64,000 nt of DNA from an uncultured Elusimicrobia bacterium. Lineage in GTDB: Bacteria > Elusimicrobiota > Elusimicrobia > UBA1565 > UBA9628. Below are positions 33,392 to 42,568 of the stretch, piece after piece. Within the stretch, counting starts at the first letter, position 1. Every line of letters starts with the position of its first letter. Location of the stretch: NCBI GenBank assembly GCA_965283875.1, contig CBDIQC010000001.1, positions 2,070,110 to 2,134,109 of the forward strand, written 5' to 3'. Position numbers and translations under genes: made by a program. The notes under the pieces were generated by a model. It saw only the letters and a list, made by a program, of their open reading frames with translations. It searched no databases and had not been told where the DNA came from.

Positions 33392-34605
33392 CGGTCGAAC
33401 ACCGCGGAGGCGAAAGACACGATGCCCCCGGCGGGATCGGGCGCCTGGTCGTAGGCCAGGAGTCGGCCCGGGCCGGCTTTGCCGCCGGTGAGGCCTTTCA
33501 TCAGGCGAATTCCCGTGTAGAGCGCCGAGAGCCCGCACACCTTGCGCCAGCCGTCGCCATCGACGCAGGAGGCGTAGAAGCCGTCGGCGTCGTGCGCCAG
33601 GGCTGACACCAGCGACGCGCGGTCCTCGCCCTCGATTTTTTTGCCGAGCTCGGGCGTGGGTTCGAGCTCATCGCCGAAGCGCGGGCCCACGTGCGCCAGG
33701 TCGATGCCGTTGAGAATCATCACGTTGCGGCCTTTCGCCGTCTCCTCGGCCAGCACGGCGGCCATGTCGTCGAGCGCCTTGCTTACCGTGGGGATGCGCG
33801 AGGGAGCGCCGTCGGGGGAGAACCTTTCGAAGCTTGAGACGAGGATAGGCACCCATTTCGGGGCCTTGTCGCCGTAGAGCCAGCGCAGCCAGGTCGCCTG
33901 GAACTCGAGCGAGTGTTCGGCTTTGTGCGTCCACTCGTCGGCGCGCGGGTCGTACCACAGCTTCGAGGCCAGCGCGTCGTAAAGGGCCGAATCCACCTGC
34001 ATCGGGCCGAAGGGCGTCTCGTAAGGCTTGGGCGTGAAGATCCAGGGCGAATCAGGGGAAACGTGCGCGACGCCGAGCGCGACGATGACGTCCGGAATCG
34101 CGCGTTCCGAAAGAGCCTGATAGGCCCAGCCGTAGGCCGGTCCGCCGCGTCCGAAATCGATGTGCGGCGCGATGAGCCCCAAGGGCGCGGCGTTCGTCGG
34201 CTTCTTTGCCGCCTCTTTCTTCGGCCCGCCCTCGACCGTGAGATAGCCGTCTAGCGCTTTCCTCAGGGCCGCGGGCTCGGCGGGATAGGAAGGCCCGGCG
34301 AACACCGCGGGCCGCGTCTTGCCCAGCTTGAAGTCGTCGCGGGTCTTCTGCCGTTTCTTGGCGACCGCGGAGGTCTCGAGGTAGTCCGCCGTGTCGAGCG
34401 CGCCGACCAGGTCGAGGATGACCTCCGGCGCGACTTCGTTGCCCGTGTTCTTCTGGAACTCCGCGGCGACGTCCGCCGCGGTGCGCCGGCCGTCGAGGAG
34501 CGAGATCAGCAGCATCCCGCCCGCCGAGAGCGCGAGGGGCTTATCCGACAGCTCCTCGAGGTCCCGGAGGACGAACAACTGCTGCCCGTCCTCGACGGCC
34601 GGCAC
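33388..34605 (-). CDS. Memo-like (AmmeMemoRadiSam system protein B family) with an extra N-terminal ~90-aa domain; start uncertain
   Basis: GLIAPHIDFGRGGPAYGWAY, LGVAHV and NGIDLAHVGPRFGD match the Memo/LigB-like His/Asp metal site pattern. GTG 34605 is the first canonical start not overlapping the upstream protease gene. Confidence 0.65.
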   Translation of the reverse strand: MPAVEDGQQLFVLRDLEELSDKPLALSAGGMLLISLLDGRRTAADVAAEFQKNTGNEVAPEVILDLVGALDTADYLETSAVAKKRQKTRDDFKLGKTRPAVFAGPSYPAEPAALRKALDGYLTVEGGPKKEAAKKPTNAAPLGLIAPHIDFGRGGPAYGWAYQALSERAIPDVIVALGVAHVSPDSPWIFTPKPYETPFGPMQVDSALYDALASKLWYDPRADEWTHKAEHSLEFQATWLRWLYGDKAPKWVPILVSSFERFSPDGAPSRIPTVSKALDDMAAVLAEETAKGRNVMILNGIDLAHVGPRFGDELEPTPELGKKIEGEDRASLVSALAHDADGFYASCVDGDGWRKVCGLSALYTGIRLMKGLTGGKAGPGRLLAYDQAPDPAGGIVSFASAVFDR

Positions 34606-34655
34606 GGCCTCCAGCCGCTGCCTCAGGGGAGGCAGCGGGGAGTCCGGTCCGAGCG

Positions 34656-35609
34656 TCAGGGATTGCTCTCCAACGCGGTCCGCAGGGTCGAAAGCACGGT
34701 CTCGGGGCGCACGACGTAGGACGCGGCTTCTTCGCCGGCCGTCCCGGGCATGCTGGGCAGCACCGAGGTCATCTTGGTCACGTCCTCGCCGCGGCACGCG
34801 TCGTCGGCGCAGTACTGCGACACGCGGCAGCTTCCGCGATAGACGTAGTCGTTCTCGCCGCGCACGAGGATGCCCTCGATGACGAGGTTCGTGGCGTTGA
34901 AAACGGCCGAGCCGGAGTTGCCGCCGTAGGTGTCGAGGTTGGCGACGAAGTAGCCGTTAGGCGACGCGTCGCGCACCTTGGCGCCGCCCGCGATCTTCGT
35001 GGGCAGGCCGGCCGGGTGGCCGATGACGACCAGCGGCGTCCCGTTGGCGGGGTCGCCGTTGCGGTTGAAGCGCAGCGGGCGGCGTCCGGTCACCGGGCGG
35101 TCGAGGCGGATCAGCGCGAAGTCCGCGCCGTTGCCCACGAGGGTCTGGGCGATGAGCTTCTTGCAGGAGTACACGTCGTCGGCGCCGACCGAGCTGGGCA
35201 TCACGCCCTGGCTCTTCACGCCGAAGCCGAACACGAACTTCGTGCCCTGGCAGGCGCTTTCGGAGCGCACGCAGTGGCCGGCCGTCATGATGACGTCCGG
35301 GGCCACGAGCGAGCCCGAGCAGAACGCGCCGTTGACCTGGTCGTAGAACGGCTCGTCGGCGCAGAGGTTCATGCCGCGGCCGTAGTGGCTCACGGACAGG
35401 TTCGCGCGGCCGCCGGCCAGGGCGACGTCCCCGGCGGAGAACAACGCGACGGTCGAGTCCGCGGCTTCCAGCAGCCGCGTGTTCTGGACCTGGTAGAGGT
35501 CGAGGCGGTCATCGGAGCCGTAGATGACGTCGGGTCCGACCTGCGCGAACGCGGGCGAGACGAGCAGCAGCGCGCCCAGCGCGAGCGCTTGAGACGGGAA
35601 CAGTTTCAT
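34656..35609 (-). CDS. Secreted trypsin-like (S1 family, V8/Glu-endopeptidase-like) serine protease
   Basis: Signal peptide from the internal ATG 35609. MTAGHC (His), ADFALIRL (Asp), GGNSGSAV (Ser). Confidence 0.8.
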   Translation of the reverse strand: MKLFPSQALALGALLLVSPAFAQVGPDVIYGSDDRLDLYQVQNTRLLEAADSTVALFSAGDVALAGGRANLSVSHYGRGMNLCADEPFYDQVNGAFCSGSLVAPDVIMTAGHCVRSESACQGTKFVFGFGVKSQGVMPSSVGADDVYSCKKLIAQTLVGNGADFALIRLDRPVTGRRPLRFNRNGDPANGTPLVVIGHPAGLPTKIAGGAKVRDASPNGYFVANLDTYGGNSGSAVFNATNLVIEGILVRGENDYVYRGSCRVSQYCADDACRGEDVTKMTSVLPSMPGTAGEEAASYVVRPETVLSTLRTALESNP

Positions 35610-35738
35610 TGTTGAGCGACCTCCCCAGCCAGGTTTATCGACGGTGCGACGACCTGATTTCAGCATAGGGGGCCACTTGGGTCAAGGCCCATGAGGTCCT
35701 AAGACCTAGGGTATTTTTAGGCCCTTCGGGCAACGCCC

Positions 35739-35766
35739 TTGACGGCCTCCGCCGCCCCGCTACACT
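35739..35766 (+). promoter_or_regulatory. Promoter TTGACG-16-TACACT, 6 nt before GTG 35773 (leaderless type)
   Basis: TTGACG 35739-35744, TACACT 35761-35766, gggagc, GTG. Confidence 0.5.
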
Positions 35767-35772
35767 GGGAGC

Positions 35773-36261
35773 GTGCCCATCGAGAACCATCCGTCGGGGG
35801 AGCCTTGGCCGTGGGGGCGCGAGCCCCGCGCGGCGTTGGCGGAGTTCTGCCTGGATTTTTCGCGGCTCCTGGCCATGGCGGACCTCGTCTTCTTGTGGGT
35901 CGTGCACGGGGCGGTCGTGGGCGACGGCGGCGGGGGGAGCGTCGCCGAGTTGAGGGGCTTGGCCGCGGAGCTCGTCGCCGAAGGACTGCTTCTTCTCGGT
36001 TGTTACCTGTTATACCAGGCGCCGACGCTTAAGCGCGCCGGCCTTTACGCCGCCACGGTGGCCGCGCTGCTGGTGCTGCCGCAGGGGCCGTTTCCCGGCC
36101 CTGGCGACTTCTTCACGAAGGCGTCGCTGCACACCTTCCTGCCCGAGGCCTTCATCCTGTGCGTGGCGGGCGGATTGTACGCCGCGGCCTTCCTGTCCGA
36201 CGCGGGCATCTTCAGCCGCCCGGAATGCCGGCCTTCGCGACCGTCCGAAGACGACGAATAA
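35773..36261 (+). CDS. Hypothetical membrane protein
   Basis: 162-aa ORF with 3-4 hydrophobic spans, starting exactly where the promoter geometry predicts a transcript start. Confidence 0.45.
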   Translation: MPIENHPSGEPWPWGREPRAALAEFCLDFSRLLAMADLVFLWVVHGAVVGDGGGGSVAELRGLAAELVAEGLLLLGCYLLYQAPTLKRAGLYAATVAALLVLPQGPFPGPGDFFTKASLHTFLPEAFILCVAGGLYAAAFLSDAGIFSRPECRPSRPSEDDE

Positions 36262-36280
36262 GACCCGTCCCTTTCGTTAA

Positions 36281-39200
36281 TTAACGGAGCGCGGGCTGGA
36301 GGACGGGGGCGTCGCCGACCACGACGGTGACCATACGCGCGGGGTCGAGGTAGAGGCGGGCGACGCGCTGGATGTCCTCGGGGGTGAGGGCTTCCAGGCG
36401 GGCGATGTAGGCGGCGAGCTCGGCCTCGGCGTCCTGGCCGTTCCTTTCATAGGAGGCCAAGGAGTCGGCGGCGTAGTCGATGGACGAGTTCTTGAGCAGG
36501 AAAAGGCCCGCGAGGTAACGCTTCACCGCCGCGAGCTGCTCCGCGCTCACCGGCTCGTCGCGCATGCGGCGGATCTCCTTGCGGATCTCCTCGAGCGCGG
36601 GGCCGGCGACCTCGTTGCGCACCTCGGCCGTCGCGGTCCACAAGGTGCCGCGCGTCAGGGGCTGGGGGCGCGAATAGGAGCCGTAGGTGTAGCCCTTGTC
36701 CACGCGCAGGTTGACAAACAGGCGCGAGGTGGCCGAGCCGCCGAGAATCTGGTTCATGACCAGGAAGGCGAGCCAGTCCGGGTGGCCGGGCTTGAGCTCG
36801 ACGGCCTGCGCGATGGAGAGGTTGGCCTGCTTGGAGCCGGGGCGGTCCACCAGGGCCAGGCGCGCCTCGCGCTGGGCGGGCACGGCGGGCACGTTCACGC
36901 CCGCGGCCGGGCCGTTCCAGCCGGCGAAAGCGGCTTCGAGCTGCGCGCGCAAGACGGCGGGGTCGGCGTCGCCGGTGAGCACGAGGGTCGCGCCGTCCGG
37001 GGAGAAGGCGCGGCGCGCGAAGGCGGCGATGCCGTCGCGGCCCACCGCGGCCAGCTGCTCGTCGGAAAGCGCGGGTTTGCCGTAGGGGTGCTCCGCGCCG
37101 AACAATTCGGCCTTCATCCGCTCGCCGGACATGAAGTCGGGCTTGGCGCGCTGGATCTTGAGGTCCTCGGCCTTGTTCTCCTTCCAGAGCGCGACCTCGC
37201 CCTCGGGGTAGGACGCGCCGGTGAGCACGGAGGCGAGCTCGCGGAAGAAAGCGGCGGCGTTGCGCGACAGGCCCTTCGCGTCCAAGGTCAGGCTCTCCAG
37301 CCCGCGCTCGGTGGACAGGGACCAGCCGAGCTTGGAGAAGGCGGCGGAGATGGCGGCGGCGTCGCGGCCGGCCGCGCCGTTCATGAGCAGGTCCGAGGCG
37401 GCCAGCGACAGGCCTTCCTCACCGGCGCGTTCGGCCGTGCGGCCGGCGGGCAGGAGCAGGCGCGCCTCGACGACGGGCAGGCGCGCGTCCTGGGCGATGA
37501 CGACCTTCAGGCCGTTGGAGAGAGTGAAACGCGCGAGCGAGGGCGCGGGCATGGCGCGCTGGGCGTCGAGCTCGGGCTTCGGGTCGCCGGCCGGGCGTTC
37601 GCGCTGCGCCGGCACCGGCGGCGTCGCGGGGTCGGCGGGCAGGGCCATGTCGGGGGCGGGGCGCGCTTCGACGACGGCGCGGCCGCGGCCGACGAGCCAG
37701 CGCGAGGCGGCGTCGCGCACGTCCTGCGCGGAAATTGAGAGCAGCTCCGCGAAATCGCGTGAGAGGTTCGCGGGGTCGCCGACGAGCGCGGCGTAGGAGC
37801 TCAGCAGCTGGGCGCGGTCGATGAGCTGCTCGAGGCCGCTCACCCACTGGAGCTCCAGGCGGGTTTTGGCCGCGTCGATGCCGTCCTGGGACGGGCCTTC
37901 GGTCGCCAGGCGCGCGAGCACGCGGTCCACGAGGCCGAGCACGACGTCGGTCGAGGCGCCGGGCTTGAGCACCATCATCAGGCCGAACAGGTCGGGACCG
38001 CCGGGGTTATAATGCGCGGTCCACCACGGAAAGTTGGGGGAGACCTGCAGGGCGACCTTGGCGTCCTTCACGAGCTCGCGGTAGAGGGGGCTCTCTTCGC
38101 CGCCGCCGAGCATCTCCCCGAGCACGGTGAGCGCCCAGTAGTCCTTGGTGCCGCGCTCCGGCGCGTTCCAGCCGGCCATGAGCAGCGGGGCCTTGGCGAA
38201 CTTGTCGTCGATGACGCGGCGGGTCTCGCCGGTCATGGGCGCTTCGGCCAGGTCGGGGGCGGGGGCGACGGGCTGTGCGACGAGCGGGCCGTAGAACCGT
38301 TCGACGAGTTCGCGGGCTTCGGCCTCGGTCACGTCGCCGGCCAAAGCGATGACGGCGTTGTTGGGCGCGTAGTGCGCGCGGTAGAAGGCGCGCACGTCTT
38401 CCAGGCGCGCGTTGCGGATCGAGTCCGCCTCGCCGATGGTGGTGTGCTGGTTGGACCACTTGGAGAAGGCGGTCTCGGCCATGCCGGCGTCGCGCGCCTT
38501 GGCGTAGGCCTGGTTGACGTAGCGCAGGCGCATCTCCTCGAGCACGACCTGCTGCTCGAGGGCCAGCGCGCGCTCGTCCACGTTCAATGTGCTCATGCGT
38601 TCGGCTTCGGCCCAGAGCACGGTCTTCAGCGCGCTTTTGGGCACGACCGAGTGGTAGGTCGTGTTGGTGCGCATGGTGTAGGCGTTGCGCACGCCGCCGT
38701 TGGACTCAATGAGGCGCGAAATCTCGCGCGGCATCAGGCTCTTGGTGCCCTGCGCCATCAAGTGCTCGAAGAGGTGGGCGAAGCCGTCGAGGCCCGGGGT
38801 CTCGTGCTGCGAGCCGACCTTGTAGGTGACCGACACGGCGACCACGGGGCTGGTTTTATCGGTGTGGACCACGACGGTCAGGCCGTTGGCGAGCTTGAAC
38901 ACCTTGGCCGGCAGATCGAGGCGCGGGCCGGACGCGGGCGCGGGCGTCGCGGGCACGGCGGAATCGTTGGGCGCGGCGGCGAGCGCGCCGTCGAAGGTCC
39001 GCGCGGCGGCGGCGGGAGCCTGCTCGGCGGCCGCCGTCTCGGACGGAGCGGGTGCGTCGGCGGCGGCGGCCAGGCGGGAGAGCGAAGACTCGGGGTTCAT
39101 GGCGGGAGCGGCCGCGACCGGCGCGGCGGCGGGGCGGGGCGCGTCGGCGGCGGCGAGCAGGGCTTGAGGGGCGACGGACGGCGCGACGAGCGAGGTCGTG

Positions 39201-39394
39201 AAGGAAGGAGCGAGAGGGAGGGGGCGCGCGGCGTCGAGGCGCAGGCCGCCGGTGAACACGGGCGCGAGCGGCGCCGCGACGCGCGGCGACGCGACGGGGC
39301 CGACGGGGACGCGGGTGACGGTGCGGGCATTGGCGATGGGTGAAACGGCGAGAGTCAGCGCGAGGGCGGCTCGGACGTTCTTCATGATAACCAT
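36281..39394 (-). CDS. Secreted tandem M16 (pitrilysin/insulinase-family) zinc peptidase
   Basis: Signal peptide, Ala-rich spacer, HLFEHLMAQGT (HxxEH) in the first half. The second half repeats the M16 fold without the motif. 1037 aa. Confidence 0.85.
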   Translation of the reverse strand: MVIMKNVRAALALTLAVSPIANARTVTRVPVGPVASPRVAAPLAPVFTGGLRLDAARPLPLAPSFTTSLVAPSVAPQALLAAADAPRPAAAPVAAAPAMNPESSLSRLAAAADAPAPSETAAAEQAPAAAARTFDGALAAAPNDSAVPATPAPASGPRLDLPAKVFKLANGLTVVVHTDKTSPVVAVSVTYKVGSQHETPGLDGFAHLFEHLMAQGTKSLMPREISRLIESNGGVRNAYTMRTNTTYHSVVPKSALKTVLWAEAERMSTLNVDERALALEQQVVLEEMRLRYVNQAYAKARDAGMAETAFSKWSNQHTTIGEADSIRNARLEDVRAFYRAHYAPNNAVIALAGDVTEAEARELVERFYGPLVAQPVAPAPDLAEAPMTGETRRVIDDKFAKAPLLMAGWNAPERGTKDYWALTVLGEMLGGGEESPLYRELVKDAKVALQVSPNFPWWTAHYNPGGPDLFGLMMVLKPGASTDVVLGLVDRVLARLATEGPSQDGIDAAKTRLELQWVSGLEQLIDRAQLLSSYAALVGDPANLSRDFAELLSISAQDVRDAASRWLVGRGRAVVEARPAPDMALPADPATPPVPAQRERPAGDPKPELDAQRAMPAPSLARFTLSNGLKVVIAQDARLPVVEARLLLPAGRTAERAGEEGLSLAASDLLMNGAAGRDAAAISAAFSKLGWSLSTERGLESLTLDAKGLSRNAAAFFRELASVLTGASYPEGEVALWKENKAEDLKIQRAKPDFMSGERMKAELFGAEHPYGKPALSDEQLAAVGRDGIAAFARRAFSPDGATLVLTGDADPAVLRAQLEAAFAGWNGPAAGVNVPAVPAQREARLALVDRPGSKQANLSIAQAVELKPGHPDWLAFLVMNQILGGSATSRLFVNLRVDKGYTYGSYSRPQPLTRGTLWTATAEVRNEVAGPALEEIRKEIRRMRDEPVSAEQLAAVKRYLAGLFLLKNSSIDYAADSLASYERNGQDAEAELAAYIARLEALTPEDIQRVARLYLDPARMVTVVVGDAPVLQPALR

Positions 39395-39524
39395 TCTAGG
39401 TATATAGGAAGAAGCCCCTGTGGGTCGGAGGGCCCAAACGCCGCGCGGTAGAAGTCCTATGGAACCTGGGGCGGGCGCCGGGGTCCACTTCTCATGCGGC
39501 TACAGCCGCGAGGAGGACGGGACG

Positions 39525-40643
39525 ATGAAAAGTTTCATGGGGTTGGCGGCGGCGGCGGCGCTGGCGGCGGCGCCCGTCTGGGCGGCGGAAACGGAGATTA
39601 AGGCGGAGGACAAAAAGGAGCGGCCGGTCGTCGAAGTGGTGTTCGTGCTCGACACCACCGGTAGCATGGGCGGCTTGCTCGAGGGCGCCAAGCAGCGCGT
39701 CTGGGCCATCGCCAACGAGATCGCCAAGGGCAAACCCGCCCCGCGCGTGCGCATGGGCCTGGTCGCCTTCCGCGACAAAGGCGACGACTACGTCACCAAG
39801 GTGACGCCGCTGTCGGACAACCTCGACCACATCTTCAAGGACCTCAGCGCGCTCACGGCCGGCGGCGGCGGCGACGGCCCGGAGCACGTCATCGCGGGCC
39901 TGTCCGACGCCGTGGACAAGATGGCCTGGAGCAAGGACTCCAAAGCCTTCAAGGTCGTCTATCTGGTCGGCGACGCGGCCCCGCACGAGGACTACGCCGA
40001 CGCGCCGAAGCTGACCGCGGTGCTCGAGAAGGCCGTGCGCAAAGGGCTCATCATCAACTCGCTGCAGTGCGGCGCCGATTCCTCGGCGACGGCCGCCTTC
40101 GCCAAGGTGGCGCGCCTGGGCGAGGGCCGCTTCATGCCCGTGGCCCAGGACGGCGGCGCGGTGGCCGTTGCGACGCCGTTCGACGAGCGCCTGGCCGAGG
40201 CGTCGGGCAAACTCGAGGGCACCTTGCTCGCCTACGGCGCCGGCGGCGCCGAGGCGCGCGCCGACATGGCGCTGGCCGCCTCGGTGCGCGGCATGGCGGC
40301 GGCTCCAGCCGCGGCGGAGCGCGCGGTGTATAAAACCCGCGCGGGCTTCTCCTCCGACAAGGACCTGGCGCGCGCGGTCGCCGAGAACAAGGTGGACCTC
40401 GCCTCCCTTAAAGAGGACGAGACGCCCGAGCCCCTGCGCGGGCTGAGCCTGGAGGCGAAGAAGGCGAAGCTCGTCGCCATCGAGGCCGACCGCAGGAAGC
40501 TGCGCGCCGAGGTCGACGCGCTCGAATCACGCCGCGCGGCGTGGCTCAAGAAGGAGGCGGCGTCCCAGCCGGCGGACGCCTTCGACGTCAAGCTCGTGGA
40601 CGCGCTGAAGGTCCAGGCGGCGAAGAAGGGTATTCGCTACTGA
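39525..40643 (+). CDS. Secreted von Willebrand factor A (VWA) domain protein with coiled-coil tail
   Basis: ATG at residue 36 of ORF 39420..40643, preceded by AGGAGGA. Signal peptide; MIDAS motif VLDTTGSM; GGGDGPE. Confidence 0.8.
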   Translation: MKSFMGLAAAAALAAAPVWAAETEIKAEDKKERPVVEVVFVLDTTGSMGGLLEGAKQRVWAIANEIAKGKPAPRVRMGLVAFRDKGDDYVTKVTPLSDNLDHIFKDLSALTAGGGGDGPEHVIAGLSDAVDKMAWSKDSKAFKVVYLVGDAAPHEDYADAPKLTAVLEKAVRKGLIINSLQCGADSSATAAFAKVARLGEGRFMPVAQDGGAVAVATPFDERLAEASGKLEGTLLAYGAGGAEARADMALAASVRGMAAAPAAAERAVYKTRAGFSSDKDLARAVAENKVDLASLKEDETPEPLRGLSLEAKKAKLVAIEADRRKLRAEVDALESRRAAWLKKEAASQPADAFDVKLVDALKVQAAKKGIRY

Positions 40644-40665
40644 ACGGCGGGACGGCGTAAAAAGA

Positions 40666-40691
40666 GGGCCCCGGCCTAGCGGCCGGGGCCC
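40666..40691. terminator. Bidirectional intrinsic terminator
   Basis: Perfect 11-bp GC stem gggccccggcc-tagc-ggccggggccc. T-rich tract follows on the plus strand (cgtctctttct) and TCTTTTT on the minus strand. Confidence 0.7.
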
Positions 40692-40713
40692 CGTCTCTTT
40701 CTGAGAAATATTA

Positions 40714-40781
40714 AGGTGCGAGCGGGATTCGAACCCGCGAATAATGGTTTTGCAGATTGCAACCTTTGATCAATTCGCACC
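40714..40781 (-). tRNA. Degenerate tRNA-like element (Cys-like features), not foldable into a canonical cloverleaf by hand
   Basis: Perfect acceptor pairing GGTGCGA/TCGCACC, canonical T arm GCGGG-TTCGAAT-CCCGC, discriminator T, heptamer CTGCAAA. Only 36 nt lie between the acceptor 5' strand and the T arm, and no 5-bp anticodon stem or D stem forms. Confidence 0.35.
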
Positions 40782-40919
40782 ATCAGCATTAACCAAAAAC
40801 TGCTGATTCATTCTACAAATATTCAGACCGACCCGTTGAGGCCGACATCTCGTCAGTGGGATTTTTTGTCGACTTTGGAGGCGGGTTTGGATGATTTCTC
40901 CGCTGAAATCGAGCTAGCA

Positions 40920-40948
40920 TTGCATGGCTTGAGAATGTATGCTACACT
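40920..40948 (+). promoter_or_regulatory. Promoter TTGCAT-17-(TGc)TACACT, 6 nt before ATG 40955 (leaderless type); head of the metal-efflux supraoperon
   Basis: TTGCAT 40920-40925, 17-nt spacer ending in TGc (extended -10), TACACT 40943-40948, cagccg, ATG. Confidence 0.55.
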
Positions 40949-40954
40949 CAGCCG

Positions 40955-41230
40955 ATGACTTCGCGCCTGCGTTCGTTGCTCTGCGCTCTGGCCCTCTGTG
41001 TTTGGGGGCTGGACATCGGCGTGGACGCCTACGGCCGTTGCGAGGAATCCAAGAGCGTCGCGACCGCGTGTCACGTCTGCGCCTGCGCGAATCATTTCTA
41101 CAATCCGAGCGAGACGGAAAAGTCCTTGCGTATTGATTGTCCCGAACCGCCGTATCCCTCCTACCAGCAGCCGGTCTACTCGCTACTCCTAATCGAGTCG
41201 ATCTTCCAGCCCCCCAAGCTCACCCTCTAG
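40955..41230 (+). CDS. Small exported Cys/His-rich protein (91 aa)
   Basis: Hydrophobic N-terminus LLCALALCVWG. CEESKSVATACHVCACANHF cluster (5 Cys, 2 His in 20 aa). Lies in a locally AT-richer segment and starts at the predicted transcript start. Confidence 0.5.
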   Translation: MTSRLRSLLCALALCVWGLDIGVDAYGRCEESKSVATACHVCACANHFYNPSETEKSLRIDCPEPPYPSYQQPVYSLLLIESIFQPPKLTL

Positions 41231-41341
41231 CGGAAGAGCTTTCCCCCGCGCGATCCGTTCCTGAGCCCTGCCTTGCCGCCTTGTCGCGGCGGCTTTTGCG
41301 CTCAGGCTATCGAACGACTCTTATTGTCGAGTAGGATACTT

Positions 41342-42568
41342 ATGACCCAGCTTATATCGCTTTTCCTCCTGGCGACGGCCCCAGCCGTCGCCGCCGAGCC
41401 CGCATGCCCCGCATTGACGAGCCCGCAATCCGTGCTCGAATGCGTGCTCCGCGCGCATCCTGCCGCGAGGGGATCGGCGGCGCTGCTTTCGCAAGCGGAG
41501 GCGCTCGGAAGCGCGGCCGGACAGCGGCCGAACCCGGAGGCCGCTGGCACGGGGGTCTTCGGCGACTCGCAGGATCAGATCCAGGTCTCGCTCCTCCATA
41601 CATTCGAGACCGGCGGCAAGAGAGGGCGCCGGCTGGATCGCGCGCGCGCGGAAGCGCTGGAGTTGGGCGCCGACGCATTGAGCATCAAGGAGGAGATCGC
41701 CGTAGACACCGTCTCCGACCTCTATCGCCTTCGGCAGATCCGAGAGGAGCTCAAGCTTCTGCAGGAGGCGCTGGATACCTTTGCCCGGATTGCCCGTCAG
41801 CTCCGAGCGCGCCCGCGCCGATCTCCCGAGCAGGAGGTCTCCTTATCGGTCTTCCAGCTCGCCGAGCGCGATTACTCCGTCAAGCGCTCGGCTCTCGATG
41901 GGGAAACTCTCGCTCTCCGAAGAAGGCTCGAACTCGGGTTAGGGGCCCCGCTTCCGGGGTCCGACTCGGTACTTCCCGCCAGGCCTGCCCAGTGGCCCGA
42001 CCCAGGGGCATCCGGCACGCCTGCGGCCCTTCGCGGCTCGTCCGCCCTGCGCGCCGCGGCTTCGTTGGAGGCGGCGCAAGCCGAGCTCGGTTCGGCTCGG
42101 GCGGCGGCTTATCCGGACGTCCAACTCGGACCGAGCGTTCAAAGGCAAAAGAACGGGGCCGGTGAGGGCTCGTCGACCTTGCTTGGGGCGAGTTTTTCTC
42201 TACCGCTTCCTCTTTACCAGCGTAACGCGGGCGGCAAGCGGCTGGCGATCAGGGCGGTTGAGACCGCCGAGGCGAGGTCCGCGGCGGTGACGGCGACTCT
42301 CGGCGCCCAGAGGGACGCGGAACTCGCGCGCTATCGCGCTGCCGTATCAGTGCTGGCCCAGGCCGGCGATACGGAGAAACTCGAGGCCGAGCATGAGAGG
42401 ATGGAGGGGCTCTATGAAAGAGGCGTCATTCCCAGCGCGCTCGTCATCGAGGCGCACCGGCAGATGGTCGACTACACGCGCGACCTCAACGAGCAGGAGT
42501 TGAGCGCCATCCGCGCTCTCTGGACGATCTATGCGATCGAAGGCCGCGTCCTCACGGAGAAACTGTGA
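41342..42568 (+). CDS. czcC: TolC-family outer-membrane efflux protein (CzcC-like)
   Basis: Internal ATG 41342 and a signal peptide. Two-repeat coiled-coil/beta pattern of OMF proteins (NPE...ETGGKRG.R...A; LYQRNAGG) and position upstream of the adaptor and RND genes. Confidence 0.8.
   Translation: MTQLISLFLLATAPAVAAEPACPALTSPQSVLECVLRAHPAARGSAALLSQAEALGSAAGQRPNPEAAGTGVFGDSQDQIQVSLLHTFETGGKRGRRLDRARAEALELGADALSIKEEIAVDTVSDLYRLRQIREELKLLQEALDTFARIARQLRARPRRSPEQEVSLSVFQLAERDYSVKRSALDGETLALRRRLELGLGAPLPGSDSVLPARPAQWPDPGASGTPAALRGSSALRAAASLEAAQAELGSARAAAYPDVQLGPSVQRQKNGAGEGSSTLLGASFSLPLPLYQRNAGGKRLAIRAVETAEARSAAVTATLGAQRDAELARYRAAVSVLAQAGDTEKLEAEHERMEGLYERGVIPSALVIEAHRQMVDYTRDLNEQELSAIRALWTIYAIEGRVLTEKL

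Noticed and set aside
34606-34797. The longer N-terminus (ATG 34797) for the Memo-like gene
   Set aside because: It would overlap the upstream protease gene by about 140 nt and encodes Arg-rich sequence (MPRRGRDQDD...RRRSRVLRR) unlike the rest of the protein.
40853-41334. Other small ORFs in the AT-richer segment: 40853..41095 minus, and 40939..41136, 40998..41192 and 41137..41334 plus
   Set aside because: They have no promoter or SD geometry, no signal peptide or motif, and they mutually overlap. Only 40955..41230 coincides with the predicted transcript start and has a coherent exported-protein layout.
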